Counted from the stretch's first letter, positions 1-10,528 are shown. The stretch is 64,000 bases of DNA from Pirellulaceae bacterium (GCA_041398985.1 JAWKTR010000016.1:32984-96983); one strand, 5' to 3'. Notes: generated by a model from the letters alone, not told the origin. Translations and numbers: made by a program.

Positions 1-225
1 CTGCCCGGCGGGAGCGTCGACAAATGCTGCATTCGAATTTGCAGCGCTGATCGCCTCGCGAAGGCTGATCATGCCATCAGCCGCATTGGAATCGTCGAGC
101 GTATCGACGATGTAGCTCGTCAGCACAATCCGGCGTTCGAGGCTCTCGCAGACTAGTTGCCGCCTAAAACTCTGGCGGCTTAGACTGAAATGCGGCTTGG
201 GCTTGATGATAGATTTAATAAACAC
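1..225 (-). CDS. 5' part of a planctomycete extracellular/CSLREA-motif surface protein (runs off the window; not in the ORF track)
   Basis: Manual translation from GTG at 225: MFIKSIIKPKPHFSLSRQSFRRQLVCESLERRIVLTSYIVDTLDDSNAADGMISLREAISAANSNAAFVDAPAGQ. It contains the planctomycete ESLERRxVLT leader and a SLREAI motif, and starts 11 nt after the TPR gene stop. Confidence 0.8.
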   Translation of the reverse strand, partial: MFIKSIIKPKPHFSLSRQSFRRQLVCESLERRIVLTSYIVDTLDDSNAADGMISLREAISAANSNAAFVDAPAGQ

Positions 226-236
226 GTTTTATCCCA

Positions 237-1595
237 CTAGTAATTGAGTCGTTGTTGTAGCTCGTTGAAGTCGTTGTAATAGGTGATCGAAAATCGGGGA
301 TTAACCTCAGAAATTCTTAGCGCGTATTCTCTCGCAGTTTGAATATTGCCTACGTGCTCCTCGATCAAGGCAGCATGGAAAAGCAGATTTAGATCGTAGG
401 GCATTGCAGCAAGTGCTTTTTCGGAGGCAATTTTCGCTTCTCTTGCCTGACCGTTCTTGAACAATGCCCAGGCTCGGCAGTCCCAAGCGTAGGTGTCTGC
501 GCGCTGGGTGAAATCGATATCACTGAGTTCGAGGGCTTCGCCTAAATTTCGATCGTGATCTGCATAGAACATGGCAACTTCTCTTGCATGAGCTACCTTG
601 GCGACCTTGGCTTCCTCGCGCATGACGGCCTCAGTTTCTTGCCACAACTGTTGCGCTCGTTCGGCGTTTCCCGCGATGGCAAGTGCATCGCCCAGCAACG
701 CGAGGACTGGCGGCGCATCACTTTCTGCAGCCACTTCGAGCGACTGAATGGCAGCGGGCAGGTTGTTATCAGCGAAATGTGCCATCGCTAATCCGACCAG
801 TGAAGCTTCAGCGTGCGGATTCGCCGATAGAACGGACTGGAATGCGTCCCGAGCCTGATCGGTTTGGCCATTCTTTAAGAGCAGAGTTCCTTTACGCCAG
901 CGATACCATGCCAAACATGCGTCTGTGGCATCGGTGGTATTCCGCAGGTCAACAATCGCTTCGTCCATCAGAGAGATTGCTTGCAGGCACTTGCCTTCGA
1001 GCTCCTCGATGCGTGCAGCTCGTGCAAGTACAGGAGCAGATCGTTCAAGCTTTAATAACCGCTCGAGCAAAGCTTTAGCCGACGCGTAGTCACCCAGTTC
1101 AATTTGGCAATCGACCAACCCTGCCAGGGTCGCTGGTCGCGACGGATACTGCTGATCCATTTCCTCAAGCAACCGTAAAGCTGCTTTGAACTCATGCTGC
1201 GCCATATACGCCGAAGCTAGCGCGAGTTTAGCTGGCAGATATTGCGGGTTAATTGCCAAGGCAGCCTCAAGGCTCTTCTGCGAAAGCGAGTACGACGGCA
1301 GATGGTCGTCGTTTTTCGCACGGCGCAGGAGTAACTCACCTAGCACGGTTCGGCTGGCAAAGTCATCCGGTTGAGCGGCGACCTTGTTTTCGAACAGTTC
1401 AATGGCAGCAACAGTATTTAAGGGTTCGCCGATCGGGACTGAGCCGGCAAGCGGCTCAAGCTCGATCGGATCAACCCAATCGAAATCGTTGAAGCTCACG
1501 GCGTACGGGTCAGCCGCAGGGGCTTGTGCCAGAACGCCTTGAGCAGCAAGCATACTGGCGAACATCAATCGCCATATCAGTTTCGGAGAGTGCAT
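237..1595 (-). CDS. Secreted tetratricopeptide-repeat protein (DUF4331 partner)
   Basis: Signal peptide (MHSPKLIWRLMFASMLAAQGVLA), repeated TPR-like helices, AHAREVAMFYADH segment; directly downstream of DUF4331. Confidence 0.8.
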   Translation of the reverse strand: MHSPKLIWRLMFASMLAAQGVLAQAPAADPYAVSFNDFDWVDPIELEPLAGSVPIGEPLNTVAAIELFENKVAAQPDDFASRTVLGELLLRRAKNDDHLPSYSLSQKSLEAALAINPQYLPAKLALASAYMAQHEFKAALRLLEEMDQQYPSRPATLAGLVDCQIELGDYASAKALLERLLKLERSAPVLARAARIEELEGKCLQAISLMDEAIVDLRNTTDATDACLAWYRWRKGTLLLKNGQTDQARDAFQSVLSANPHAEASLVGLAMAHFADNNLPAAIQSLEVAAESDAPPVLALLGDALAIAGNAERAQQLWQETEAVMREEAKVAKVAHAREVAMFYADHDRNLGEALELSDIDFTQRADTYAWDCRAWALFKNGQAREAKIASEKALAAMPYDLNLLFHAALIEEHVGNIQTAREYALRISEVNPRFSITYYNDFNELQQRLNY

Positions 1596-1653
1596 GTTGG
1601 CGTAATTCGTGAGTTGGGGAGCGGTGCGTTAGGCTGGGCGATTGTGGCTGCGT

Positions 1654-2601
1654 CTAGTGTGCGGCTGCCAAGTAGGGGAACTGGGCGCGGAAGGAAACGT
1701 CGTTCATGTTGACGCCGTCTCCGGTTAGGGCACCGTCGGTGATCAAACTGAGCTCAGCGTCAATCACATCGTCTGCAAGTCGGCGACCATTCAAGAAGCC
1801 ACTGGCATCCGCTGGATCGAAAGTAAGCACGTCGGGCAGTAGAACGCTCGTGAGCGATTCGGCTCGCGCCTGACTATTGCCTAAGCTTACGAGTGAAGCT
1901 TGCATATCGCTGGAGAAATTCGCAATGTCACCGGCGGGTGCAGACATGTTGAAGCTGTTTTTCTTAGCCGATGGAATGAGCACCGTGTTGATGGCGGGCC
2001 TACCCATACGATCGAATTGCCGACCCGCGACCACCGTCCGAGCAGAAATGCTAATCGGTCCTGCCGGAAGACTCGTACGCGGCACTTCGATAACAATCGC
2101 ACTGACGTTTGCGCCTGCAAAGAAATCATTGCCCGTAAATGCGAGCCCGTTGTTAAATCCATTAAGGTCGAAGAAGAATGGGTCGTCAAAGACACCTGCC
2201 GTCACGGAACCGCCGTTGTTTAGTGTCGATGCTGCGCCCGTTTGTCCACTTCCATTTGGGCGTCCATTCATGTCTACAACTACAAACCGCTGAGCCCCCC
2301 GACGTACATTCGAGAAATAAAACCGGTAGCCTCGGTCTGGAACGGCGTCGCCGTTCAAGTCGATCCCTAGTTCGTAGACTGCTCGCGAGTTGAATGACGT
2401 ACCGCTGAGTACGCCAGCCAACGGATTGACAGTCATCACCATTACAAAATTATTCGGATTCGACGGTGATTGAAATGCGTACAAGTCGTTGATATCCACC
2501 GAGTGGTCTGCCTGGACTGATGGGGAATCCAGGTGATCCGCCGCGTTGACAGATGGTGAAAGGACCAGCAACAGTAGTGTTAAACATCCGCACATTCGCA
2601 T
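1654..2601 (-). CDS. DUF4331 domain secreted protein
   Basis: Signal peptide followed by ADHLDSP..DINDLYAF, DDPFFFD, QFDRMGRPAINT and NGRRLADDVID motifs. Confidence 0.85.
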   Translation of the reverse strand: MRMCGCLTLLLLVLSPSVNAADHLDSPSVQADHSVDINDLYAFQSPSNPNNFVMVMTVNPLAGVLSGTSFNSRAVYELGIDLNGDAVPDRGYRFYFSNVRRGAQRFVVVDMNGRPNGSGQTGAASTLNNGGSVTAGVFDDPFFFDLNGFNNGLAFTGNDFFAGANVSAIVIEVPRTSLPAGPISISARTVVAGRQFDRMGRPAINTVLIPSAKKNSFNMSAPAGDIANFSSDMQASLVSLGNSQARAESLTSVLLPDVLTFDPADASGFLNGRRLADDVIDAELSLITDGALTGDGVNMNDVSFRAQFPYLAAAH

Positions 2602-2728
2602 GGTGGGCTCCGCAGAATCAATTAGAAGAAGGGACTGACTGTGAAAAAGGTGGATACAATCATTGCCAGGGTCGCAATTGGATGAAGCGACGTTCCTGAC
2701 CAGTGATGGGTGGCTTACTTACCAGTTG

Positions 2729-2756
2729 TTACGCGGAGCCCGGTCGCCTTGGATGT
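2729..2756 (-). promoter_or_regulatory. Candidate ECF-sigma promoter for the DUF4331 operon
   Basis: Minus strand reads ACATCC-aaggcgaccgggctccg(17 nt)-CGTAA, about 130 nt upstream of the DUF4331 ATG. Confidence 0.65.
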
Positions 2757-2900
2757 GAGGTTCTACTGGAATGCGCGAGTTTTATTAGCGTGATGAAAGA
2801 CACCTGCCCAATGATTGAATGCTCATCAATCAGTCAATGGTTGCGGATCGATCTGGGTGGCTGTCCGACGCGCATAATTGCGACATTTTCATTCAGGAGT

Positions 2901-2928
2901 GCATCCGCGAGGCTTGGTACCGTCGTAC
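2901..2928 (+). promoter_or_regulatory. Candidate ECF-sigma promoter for the DUF4864-sigma-anti-sigma operon
   Basis: GCATCC-gcgaggcttggtaccgt(17 nt)-CGTAC; same motif and spacing as the divergent promoter. Confidence 0.65.
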
Positions 2929-3041
2929 CATGTATAGATTCCAGGATTAGCGTCTTTCTTATCTGCGGCGGTTGCTACTCCTGGAGGGCTTTACCGAATC
3001 AATTCATCGAAGATTGGATTCCCTTGGACACAGCGCACCGC

Positions 3042-3659
3042 ATGCGGTCAAAATCGGGCTTTAATCGAGTTGCAATTTTCACGGTCTGCTTCCTAGTGGG
3101 AATTTGTGGCATGTTGCTCTATCGAGCGATCAAGGTGCCAATTGTGCGTGCCGCTGCTGCGCGGATGTCCCACCTAGAAGAAACGTCCATAGACACTCGG
3201 CCATCAGATCCAGCTTCGGCTTTTGTCGACTCGGATATCGCATCGCCGGAGCTAGAACCGCGCGAGGTTGTGTTACTTCAACTGGAATCTATGCGAGCCA
3301 GTCTCGACGATGTGGAGCAGCTAAAGGCGTGTTTCAGTCTTGCGTCCCCGTCGAACCGCGAGTTGACGGGGCCGTTCGAGCAATTTGCCGAAATGGTTTA
3401 CACCCCACCCTACGATGTCTTATTAGGAAAGGGACAACTGCAAGTGGGGTCGGCGGTGGTTGAAAATGAAGTAGCAGCGGTCCTAGTTACAGCCATAGAC
3501 ACGGCTGGACGTCCAAATGCATTTCGATTCGTGTTGGTCAAGCAGTCGCTGCCACCCTACGAAGACTGTTGGATGACGGAAGCGGTGCAACTTGAGTCGA
3601 TAGTTGCGCCGGTTGGTGCGGATGCAAAGCGGAAGGCTGAGGGTAATGTTGGTCGATGA
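3042..3659 (+). CDS. Membrane-anchored DUF4864-like protein
   Basis: N-terminal TM (VAIFTVCFLVGICGMLLY), then PREVVLLQL..FSLASPSNRELTGPFEQFAEMV..W. Start moved from 2703 to ATG 3042. Confidence 0.65.
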   Translation: MRSKSGFNRVAIFTVCFLVGICGMLLYRAIKVPIVRAAAARMSHLEETSIDTRPSDPASAFVDSDIASPELEPREVVLLQLESMRASLDDVEQLKACFSLASPSNRELTGPFEQFAEMVYTPPYDVLLGKGQLQVGSAVVENEVAAVLVTAIDTAGRPNAFRFVLVKQSLPPYEDCWMTEAVQLESIVAPVGADAKRKAEGNVGR

Positions 3660-4239
3660 CTCAAGCGAATTCGATCAACGAATGCTATTGCGGATCGCAG
3701 CTCGGGACGAAACCGCTTTGATGGAGTTGATCAATTTTTACGGCAGTCGCGTCCAAGGGCTGTGTGAGATGATCGCTGGTGATTTGTTGGACGCCGACAG
3801 TGTTACGTCAGACGTCTTTCTCGAGATTTGGAATCGACCCGAAGCGTATGACCGCTCGCGTGGGTCGCTAAGAACGTACCTGATGACCATCGCTCGCAGT
3901 CGTTCGATCGATCGTCTACGGTCCAATTCCGCTAGGCAGCGGCAGCAAGAAAAATTCTTGGAACTTTCTGCACGAGTGAATTCTACTGAAACTATGGATA
4001 CTCCCGAATCGCGAACGATATTGCTGGAAAAGCGACAGCGGATCCGCGCTGCTGTGGAGCACTTGCCGGCCGATCAACAGCAGGCATTGCAATTGGCTTT
4101 TTTTTCCGGTTTGACACACCGGGAAGTTGCGGAACGATTAAAGTTGCCCTTGGGAACTGTGAAGACGTATATACGCAAAGGTCTGTTGCACTTGCGTGAG
4201 GCTCTCGTTACGCAACTCGAAACAGGAGACCTTTCATGA
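3646..4239 (+). CDS. ECF RNA polymerase sigma factor (SigK-like)
   Basis: Region 2 (DVFLEIWNRPEAYDRSRGSLRTYLMTIARSRSID) and region 4 (LTHREVAERLKLPLGTVKTYIRKGL). Confidence 0.92.
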   Translation: MLVDDSSEFDQRMLLRIAARDETALMELINFYGSRVQGLCEMIAGDLLDADSVTSDVFLEIWNRPEAYDRSRGSLRTYLMTIARSRSIDRLRSNSARQRQQEKFLELSARVNSTETMDTPESRTILLEKRQRIRAAVEHLPADQQQALQLAFFSGLTHREVAERLKLPLGTVKTYIRKGLLHLREALVTQLETGDLS

Positions 4240-5033
4240 AGTGCGCTGAAGTACAGGATATCCTGGTCGAGTTTGTGTTGGATGAACTCGACGCTACTGA
4301 ACGCCAGGAGGTGCAGCAGCACTTAGCGTCGAATTGCGAATGCTGCCAACAACACTTGGCCGAATTAGTGGAAGGGGTGGGGCTGCTTTTTGAGATTGCT
4401 CCGACAGCGGAGTTACGTGCAGACCGTGCGGCAGCCATACTTTCTCGAGCTAGAGCTTCGCAGGCAGCCGCACCTTTAGGACGCGATTGGCTGACCCTTC
4501 CGGCCAGCTTGTTGGCCTTAGCCGCCGGGTTGTTCATTGCCGCGACGATTTGGCCTGCTACCCCGATTGGTGGTGGCGGTTCAACCTCGGTCCGGCAAGA
4601 ATCCGCGAAACGGGCCAATGAGGTTGGCGAGGGTACGCCGAGCAGCGAGCACCGTTTGGGAGATTTTCAAGATCTAGCGAGGCGCTTGCACCTCCCCAGC
4701 CAGACGAGCTATCAAACCACTTTTGTGGCATCACGCGCCATGCCGGGATCGACCGGCTTGCAGGGACTGGTCATTTGCGATCTGCTTGCCCGCGAGCTCC
4801 ATTTTTTTGGACGATCGTTTCCACCTGCTCCAGCAGGCCGCGACTATGTCCTATGGATTGGCGGAATATCGGTTCCGGCTCAACCTCTGGCAACATTGAC
4901 TGTCGGTGTCGATGGCAATTGTCGTTCCGTCGTTCCACTGCCGGACGGCGATTTCGAAGGCGTGTTTGTGACGCTCGAGCCAAGCGGAGATCCGCCTTCC
5001 AAGCCTTCGGGCGATGCGCAGCTAACTTTCTAG
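4236..5033 (+). CDS. Anti-sigma factor, RskA-like, with N-terminal zinc-binding motif
   Basis: ATGA overlap with the sigma gene; HLASNCECC (ZAS-like), a single TM, and C-terminal FPPAPAGRDYVLW..FVTLEPSG resembling RskA. Confidence 0.85.
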   Translation: MKCAEVQDILVEFVLDELDATERQEVQQHLASNCECCQQHLAELVEGVGLLFEIAPTAELRADRAAAILSRARASQAAAPLGRDWLTLPASLLALAAGLFIAATIWPATPIGGGGSTSVRQESAKRANEVGEGTPSSEHRLGDFQDLARRLHLPSQTSYQTTFVASRAMPGSTGLQGLVICDLLARELHFFGRSFPPAPAGRDYVLWIGGISVPAQPLATLTVGVDGNCRSVVPLPDGDFEGVFVTLEPSGDPPSKPSGDAQLTF

Positions 5034-5145
5034 ACGCGATCACCGCTCAGCGGGTAAATCATCGTAGCATCCGTTGAAACCATTGTGCGGCACCGTGACT
5101 CAGCTGTTCACCGGTGCCGACCGCCTGGTGATCAATTGGCAGTTT

Positions 5146-5252
5146 TGGGCATGGTCGTCTTTCGCTCCACGAAAGGGTGTATTGGGCATGGTCGTCTTTC
5201 GCTCCGCGAAAGGGTGTATATGGTGGACTTTCGCGGAGGAGCGAAAGGCGAC
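5146..5252. repeat. REP-like cluster (CTTTCGCTCCGCGAAAG family)
   Basis: Two tandem 37-bp units TGGGCATGGTCGTCTTTCGCTCCRCGAAAGGGTGTAT plus an inverted copy CTTTCGCGGAGGAGCGAAAGGCGAC. Confidence 0.8.
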
Positions 5253-5340
5253 ACTTATTTTCCGCTCCATCCTTGGTTATGATGGGAATAGCGGCTGAGG
5301 CCGTTCCCGCCTAACTATCCTGCCCTCCTGAGAACTTGCC

Positions 5341-8300
5341 ATGATTCCTTCGGCTGAGGTTCGGTCGTATTCATTCTTGATCCAGGTGCGAAGACATTGC
5401 ATTCGCACAGTTGTAGCTTTCCCACTGACGGCTTCTGGGCTGACGGCCATTCTATCTGCGTTTGCCTTTACGTCGGTTTTGTGGGCTGATCAGCCGCTGG
5501 AATACAACCGCGATATTCGTCCCATTTTGTCTGATCATTGTTTTGCCTGTCATGGCGCTGACAGCGCGGCACGCGAAGCCGATTTGCGGCTTGATGTGCG
5601 CGACGCGGCGATCGCAGGTGGGGTGTTAGAACCTGGCGATGCGGAAGCAAGCGCTCTGGTGGCTCGCATCACCAGTTCGGACAGCGATCTGCGGATGCCA
5701 CCACCGGAAACCAAGAAAACGCTGACGGCTGAGCAAATTGACCTGCTCCGTCGCTGGGTCGACGCGGGCGCAATATATCAGCCGCATTGGTCGTTTATCG
5801 CGCCCCAACCAGCGCAGCCCCCGCAAGTAGAGGATGACGCGTGGGTCAAGAACGATATTGATCGCTTCGTCTTGCATCGCCTGGAAGCCAGTGGGCTAGC
5901 TCCCGCGCCGGAGGCTGATGCGCGGAACCTCTTTCGCCGCCTGCACTTGGACATTACGGGCTTGCCACCCGCCCCCAGCGATGTTGATCGATTTGAGCGA
6001 GAATTTGCTCAAGGGGGCGACAGTGTCCTGTCTCAATGGATTGACCAACTGATGAACTCCCCGGCTTGGGGTGAACACCGCGCACGATATTGGCTAGATG
6101 CAGCGCGTTACGGAGATACGCATGGCTTGCACTTCGACAACTACCGTGAGATGTGGCCGTACCGCGACTGGGTCATTCGCGCGTTCAACAATAACCAGCG
6201 ATTCGATCAATTTACCGTTGAGCAATTGGCGGGTGATTTGCTTGACGATCCTTCGGAGGATCAGTTGATCGCCACCGGCTTTCAACGATGCAATATCACA
6301 ACCAACGAAGGCGGGACCATCGACGAAGAGAATTTAGCGTTGTATGCGACAGATCGCGTGCAGACTTTTGGCTGGGTCTTTTAGGTTTGACGACCAATTG
6401 TGCTCAATGCCACGACCATAAATTTGATCCGATCAGCATGCGAGACTACTATTCGCTGGCAGCTTACTTTCGCAATACGACACAGCCCGCCAAAGATGGC
6501 AATGTCAAGGACGGTCGTAGCTCTGTAATTCGCATACCGTCTAGGGAGGACCGACCGCGGTGGGAGGCGTTGCCTGGCGAAATCGCGGCTGCTAAGGCAC
6601 GTCGCGATGAACGTCGTCGTGAGGTTCAGCCAGAGTTTGAAGGTTGGCTCGCGGAAACTTCGCCTGAATCTCTAGAAGCCCAGATACCACAAGTCGGTTT
6701 GCTCGCACACTTGCCTTTGAACGAAGGCGTTGGAAATACGGTGAAGAGTTTTGCATTTGCAGAGTTGACGGCAAACGCCGGCGAATTGTCGAGCCAGACA
6801 GACGCGAACCAGGCAACGCCCGCTGCGGCCAACATCGACCACGTTGGGCCTGCGGTAAAGGCTACCGGCGAGCTTACCTGGGTGCCCGATGGGCAGCTTG
6901 GGCCGGCGCCGGTCATGGCACTCGGACGTAGCCTCGAACTCGGCGGCCTTGGGAACTTCCAATGGGACGAGAGTTTCAGTGTTGGTGCTTGGATTCGATC
7001 ACCCAACAAGAATATCAATGGCGGAATTATCGCAAGGATGGACGAGAAGGACGCTTACCGTGGTTGGGATTTGTACCAAGGCGGCGGCAAGATCGCTGTA
7101 CATATTATCCAATCGTGGTCGGACAACGCGCTGAAAGTCGCTACCAAACGTGACGTGATCACGCCGAACCAATGGCAGCATGTGTTGGCGACCTATGATG
7201 GCTCAGGCAAGCCAGAGGGAATCAAGATTTATCTGAACGGCCAGCCAGAAGAACTGCAGACGGAAGCAAACACGCTCAAATCCGACGCGAATGTTCGCAC
7301 TGCCACACCGCTCCGAATCGGACAACGCAGCGACACGCAAGCCTTTGACGGTGGAGCAATCCAAGATATGCGACTGTATGGGCGAGCGTTAAGCGCTGAA
7401 GAAGTTAGCGCAATTGCGGGCATCGGACCACTGCAGGCTCTCTTGACCACCCCGGCTGCCGAACGAACGGCAGAGCAGCAAGCGACTTTGCTGGAATTCT
7501 ATTTGACGAACTACGACGCGCAATTTCCCACGCTCGTCAAAGCACTTGCAGATTTAGAAGCTGAACGCAACGCGATTGAACAGCGCAGCCCGGTCACGCA
7601 TATTCAACAAGAGAAAATGGACTCGGCCCCGATGGCAAATATCCTGATGCGTGGTGAATACGATCAAGTAGGAGCGGAGGTACCTGCGGCGCCGCCAGCA
7701 GCCTTGCATGCCCTGCCCAGCGATGCCCCAAACAATCGTCTAGGGCTGGCGCAGTGGGTCGTGGACCCCGCCAATCCGTTAACTTCACGCGTGGTTGTGA
7801 ATCGCTTCTGGCAGCAGTTGTTTGGTCGTGGTCTGGTGGCCACTACCGAAGATTTTGGCACGACGGGCACGTTGCCTAGCCACCCAGAATTGCTCGATTG
7901 GTTAGCGATCGATTTTCGTGAGGGCGGTTGGGACGTTAAGCGGTTTTTCAAACAGATGTTGATGAGTGCGACGTATCGTCAAGCCGCGGTGACAACGCCC
8001 GAAAAGTTTGAGTTGGATCGCGATAACGTGCTGCTCTCGCGTGGTCCACGTTTTCGCATGGATGCCGAAATGGTGCGCGACTACGCCTTGTCGGCCAGCG
8101 GCCTGCTGTCGAGCAAGATGTTTGGGCCGGGCGTCAAGCCGTATCAGCCTGATAAGATCTGGGACATGGTCGGACTGCCTGGTGGTGATACCCGCGACTA
8201 CAAGCCAGATTCAGGCGAAGATCTATATCGTCGCACTGTGTATACGTTTTGGAAACGCATGGCGCCGCCGCCAAACTTGGAGGCCTTTAATGCGCCCAGC

Positions 8301-8681
8301 CGAGAAGTCTGCACCGTGCGTCGTGAGAGAACCAACACGCCGCTTCAAGCCCTGGTTACCCTCAACGATCCACAATTCGTCGAAGCCGCCCGGAGCTTGG
8401 CCGAAGTGTCAGTGACTGCAGCCTTGCAAGATGATTCCAGCATTGTTGATACGATTGCTCTGCGCGTCCTGGGTCGCAAGTTTTCCGAACGCGAACGACA
8501 AATTGTGATGGCTAGTCAGCAAGAAATAATGGCTTATTACCAAGCCCATCCCGAGGATGCCCAAGCCCTGCTGGACGTCGGCGATTCGAAACCTCAAGCC
8601 AACTTGCCATCTGCGACTTTGGCCACCTGGACGATGATCTGCAACCAGATCATGAATTTAGATGAGACCTTGAATAAATAA
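5341..8681 (+). CDS. Planctomycete cytochrome c / DUF1549 / LamG / DUF1553 protein (one frameshift near 6378; start uncertain)
   Basis: ORFs 5341-6384 and 6288-8681 join as ..TFGWVF|LGLTTNCAQCHDHKF if one T is added to the T-run. Two CxxCH motifs (CFACH, CAQCH), a LamG-like insert (WQHVLATYDGS), and PSHPELLDWLA / TNTPLQAL. Confidence 0.88.
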
Positions 8682-8832
8682 GTACAGATACGGATTGTAT
8701 CGCAATCCGACCTTGGCGCTCCGAGCTGATTGGACCGAGCTGATTGACCCTCGCGATAATCGTCGTGGGCACGTTATCCGGTTTAAGCAAGCGCTAGAAG
8801 TCAGATCCTCCAAAACTATACGAGTGCAAACC

Positions 8833-10257
8833 ATGATCAATCGACGACATTTCTTCGCCAGTGGAAGTCACTTGCTAGGCAGCGCAGCGCTGGCTTCCTT
8901 GGCAGGCAAGGCCTATGCGGAAGGAAGCCAGGCCAGCCAGGCAGTTGGACCACACTTTGCCCCCAAAGCGAAACGCGTGATTTACTTGCACATGGTTGGC
9001 GGACCATCGCAGATGGACTTGTTCGACTACAAGCCCTTGATGCAGGATTGGTACGACAAGGACTTGCCGGATTCGATTCGCCAAGGTCAGCGACTGACGA
9101 CGATGACCAGCGGACAAGCTCGCTTCCCCATCGCACCCTCCAAATTCAAATTCGAACAAGCCGGCCAGTGCGGTATGTGGATGAATACACAACTGCTTCC
9201 CAACTTGGCCAAGAAGGCTGACGAAATCTGCTGGATGCGGAGCTTGCACACCGAAGCGATCAATCATGAGCCAGCCATAGCAGCCATGCAGACGGGCAAT
9301 CAAGTTACCGGGCGACCCTGTTTGGGTGCCTGGGCATCGTACGGGCTGGGGACGATGAATGAAGACTTGCCCGCCTTTGTGGTATTGGTTGCCATCCCAC
9401 GCAACCGCGAACAAGAACAAGCCATTTCGTCACGTCTCTGGAGCGCCGGCTACCTTTCCGGTGAGCATGCAGGGGTCTCGTTTCGTAGCGGCGGCGATCC
9501 GATTTTGTATATCAACAACCCGCCGGGCGTTCCGACCGCCATTCGAAAACGCACGATTGCAAGCTTGAATGAGTTGAATGAAATCAACTATGCAGCGCTC
9601 GGTGATGCCGAAACGCACACTCGCATTCAGCAATACGAGTTGGCTTTTCGCATGCAAGCTAGTGTCCCTGAACTGACGGACTTGAGCCAAGAGTCGCAGC
9701 ACACGTTTGATCTGTACGGCGAAGACGCGCGGAAGCCAGGTAGTTTTTCCTACACGGCCTTGATGGCCCGACGGCTCGCCGAGCGAGGCGTGCGTTTTAT
9801 TCAGGTTTATCACAACAACTGGGATCACCACAGCAACGTGGGTGGACGCATGCCCGATCAATGCCAGGACGTCGATCAGCCCTGTTATGCATTATTGGAG
9901 GACCTCAAACAACGCGGCATGCTCGATGATACGCTAATCATTTGGGGCGGAGAATTTGGGCGCACCATCTATTCACAAGGTGGACTGTCCAAGGAAAATT
10001 ACGGTCGTGACCACCATCCCCGCTGTTTTTCCATGTGGATGGCTGGTGGAGGTGCTAAGGGCGGCGCAATCCACGGCGAAACCGACGACTTTAGTTATAA
10101 CATCGTCAAAGACCCCATCCACATTCGCGACTTCCACGCCACGGTGCTGCATCTGCTGGGGTTCGACCACGAGCGATTGTCGGTGAAGTTCCAGGGGCTC
10201 GACCAGCGATTGACGGGAGTGCTGCCTGCCAAGCCCATCCAAGCGCTAATGGCTTAG
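8833..10257 (+). CDS. DUF1501 family protein with Tat-like signal
   Basis: MINRRHFF leader; AKRVIYLHMVGGPSQMDLFDYKP, WDHH, WGGEFGRT, GRDHHP motifs. Confidence 0.9.
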   Translation: MINRRHFFASGSHLLGSAALASLAGKAYAEGSQASQAVGPHFAPKAKRVIYLHMVGGPSQMDLFDYKPLMQDWYDKDLPDSIRQGQRLTTMTSGQARFPIAPSKFKFEQAGQCGMWMNTQLLPNLAKKADEICWMRSLHTEAINHEPAIAAMQTGNQVTGRPCLGAWASYGLGTMNEDLPAFVVLVAIPRNREQEQAISSRLWSAGYLSGEHAGVSFRSGGDPILYINNPPGVPTAIRKRTIASLNELNEINYAALGDAETHTRIQQYELAFRMQASVPELTDLSQESQHTFDLYGEDARKPGSFSYTALMARRLAERGVRFIQVYHNNWDHHSNVGGRMPDQCQDVDQPCYALLEDLKQRGMLDDTLIIWGGEFGRTIYSQGGLSKENYGRDHHPRCFSMWMAGGGAKGGAIHGETDDFSYNIVKDPIHIRDFHATVLHLLGFDHERLSVKFQGLDQRLTGVLPAKPIQALMA

Positions 10258-10293
10258 TGTTTAGTCCCAACGACCAGTGACGCAACAACGGCG

Positions 10294-10347
10294 GAGACGT
10301 GGCAGCATGTAGCCGCCGGTGTCAACCGGCGGACCATCCCACGTCTC
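10294..10347. repeat. GTAG-type REP hairpin nested in a 9-bp inverted repeat
   Basis: GAGACGTGG..GTAG-CCGCCGG-TGTCAA-CCGGCGG..CCACGTCTC. Confidence 0.6.
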
Positions 10348-10528
10348 GGAAAACGGCGAAGCCGTGACAGCGATTCTCGGTCCGATAGTCGGCGAGGCCC
10401 GGCAAGAAGAAAATTCGGCTAGACTAACGCACTATCAGTTTTTGAACCGTGAACGGCTGCACTTACAGGAAACCACTTGGCTGACGGCCGACAAACAGGA
10501 TTGGATTTTGGAAAGAACGGAGCCCGCG

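Noticed and set aside
2703-3041. Long N-terminal extension of the DUF4864 ORF
   Set aside because: It spans the promoter region; ATG 3042 precedes the TM segment.
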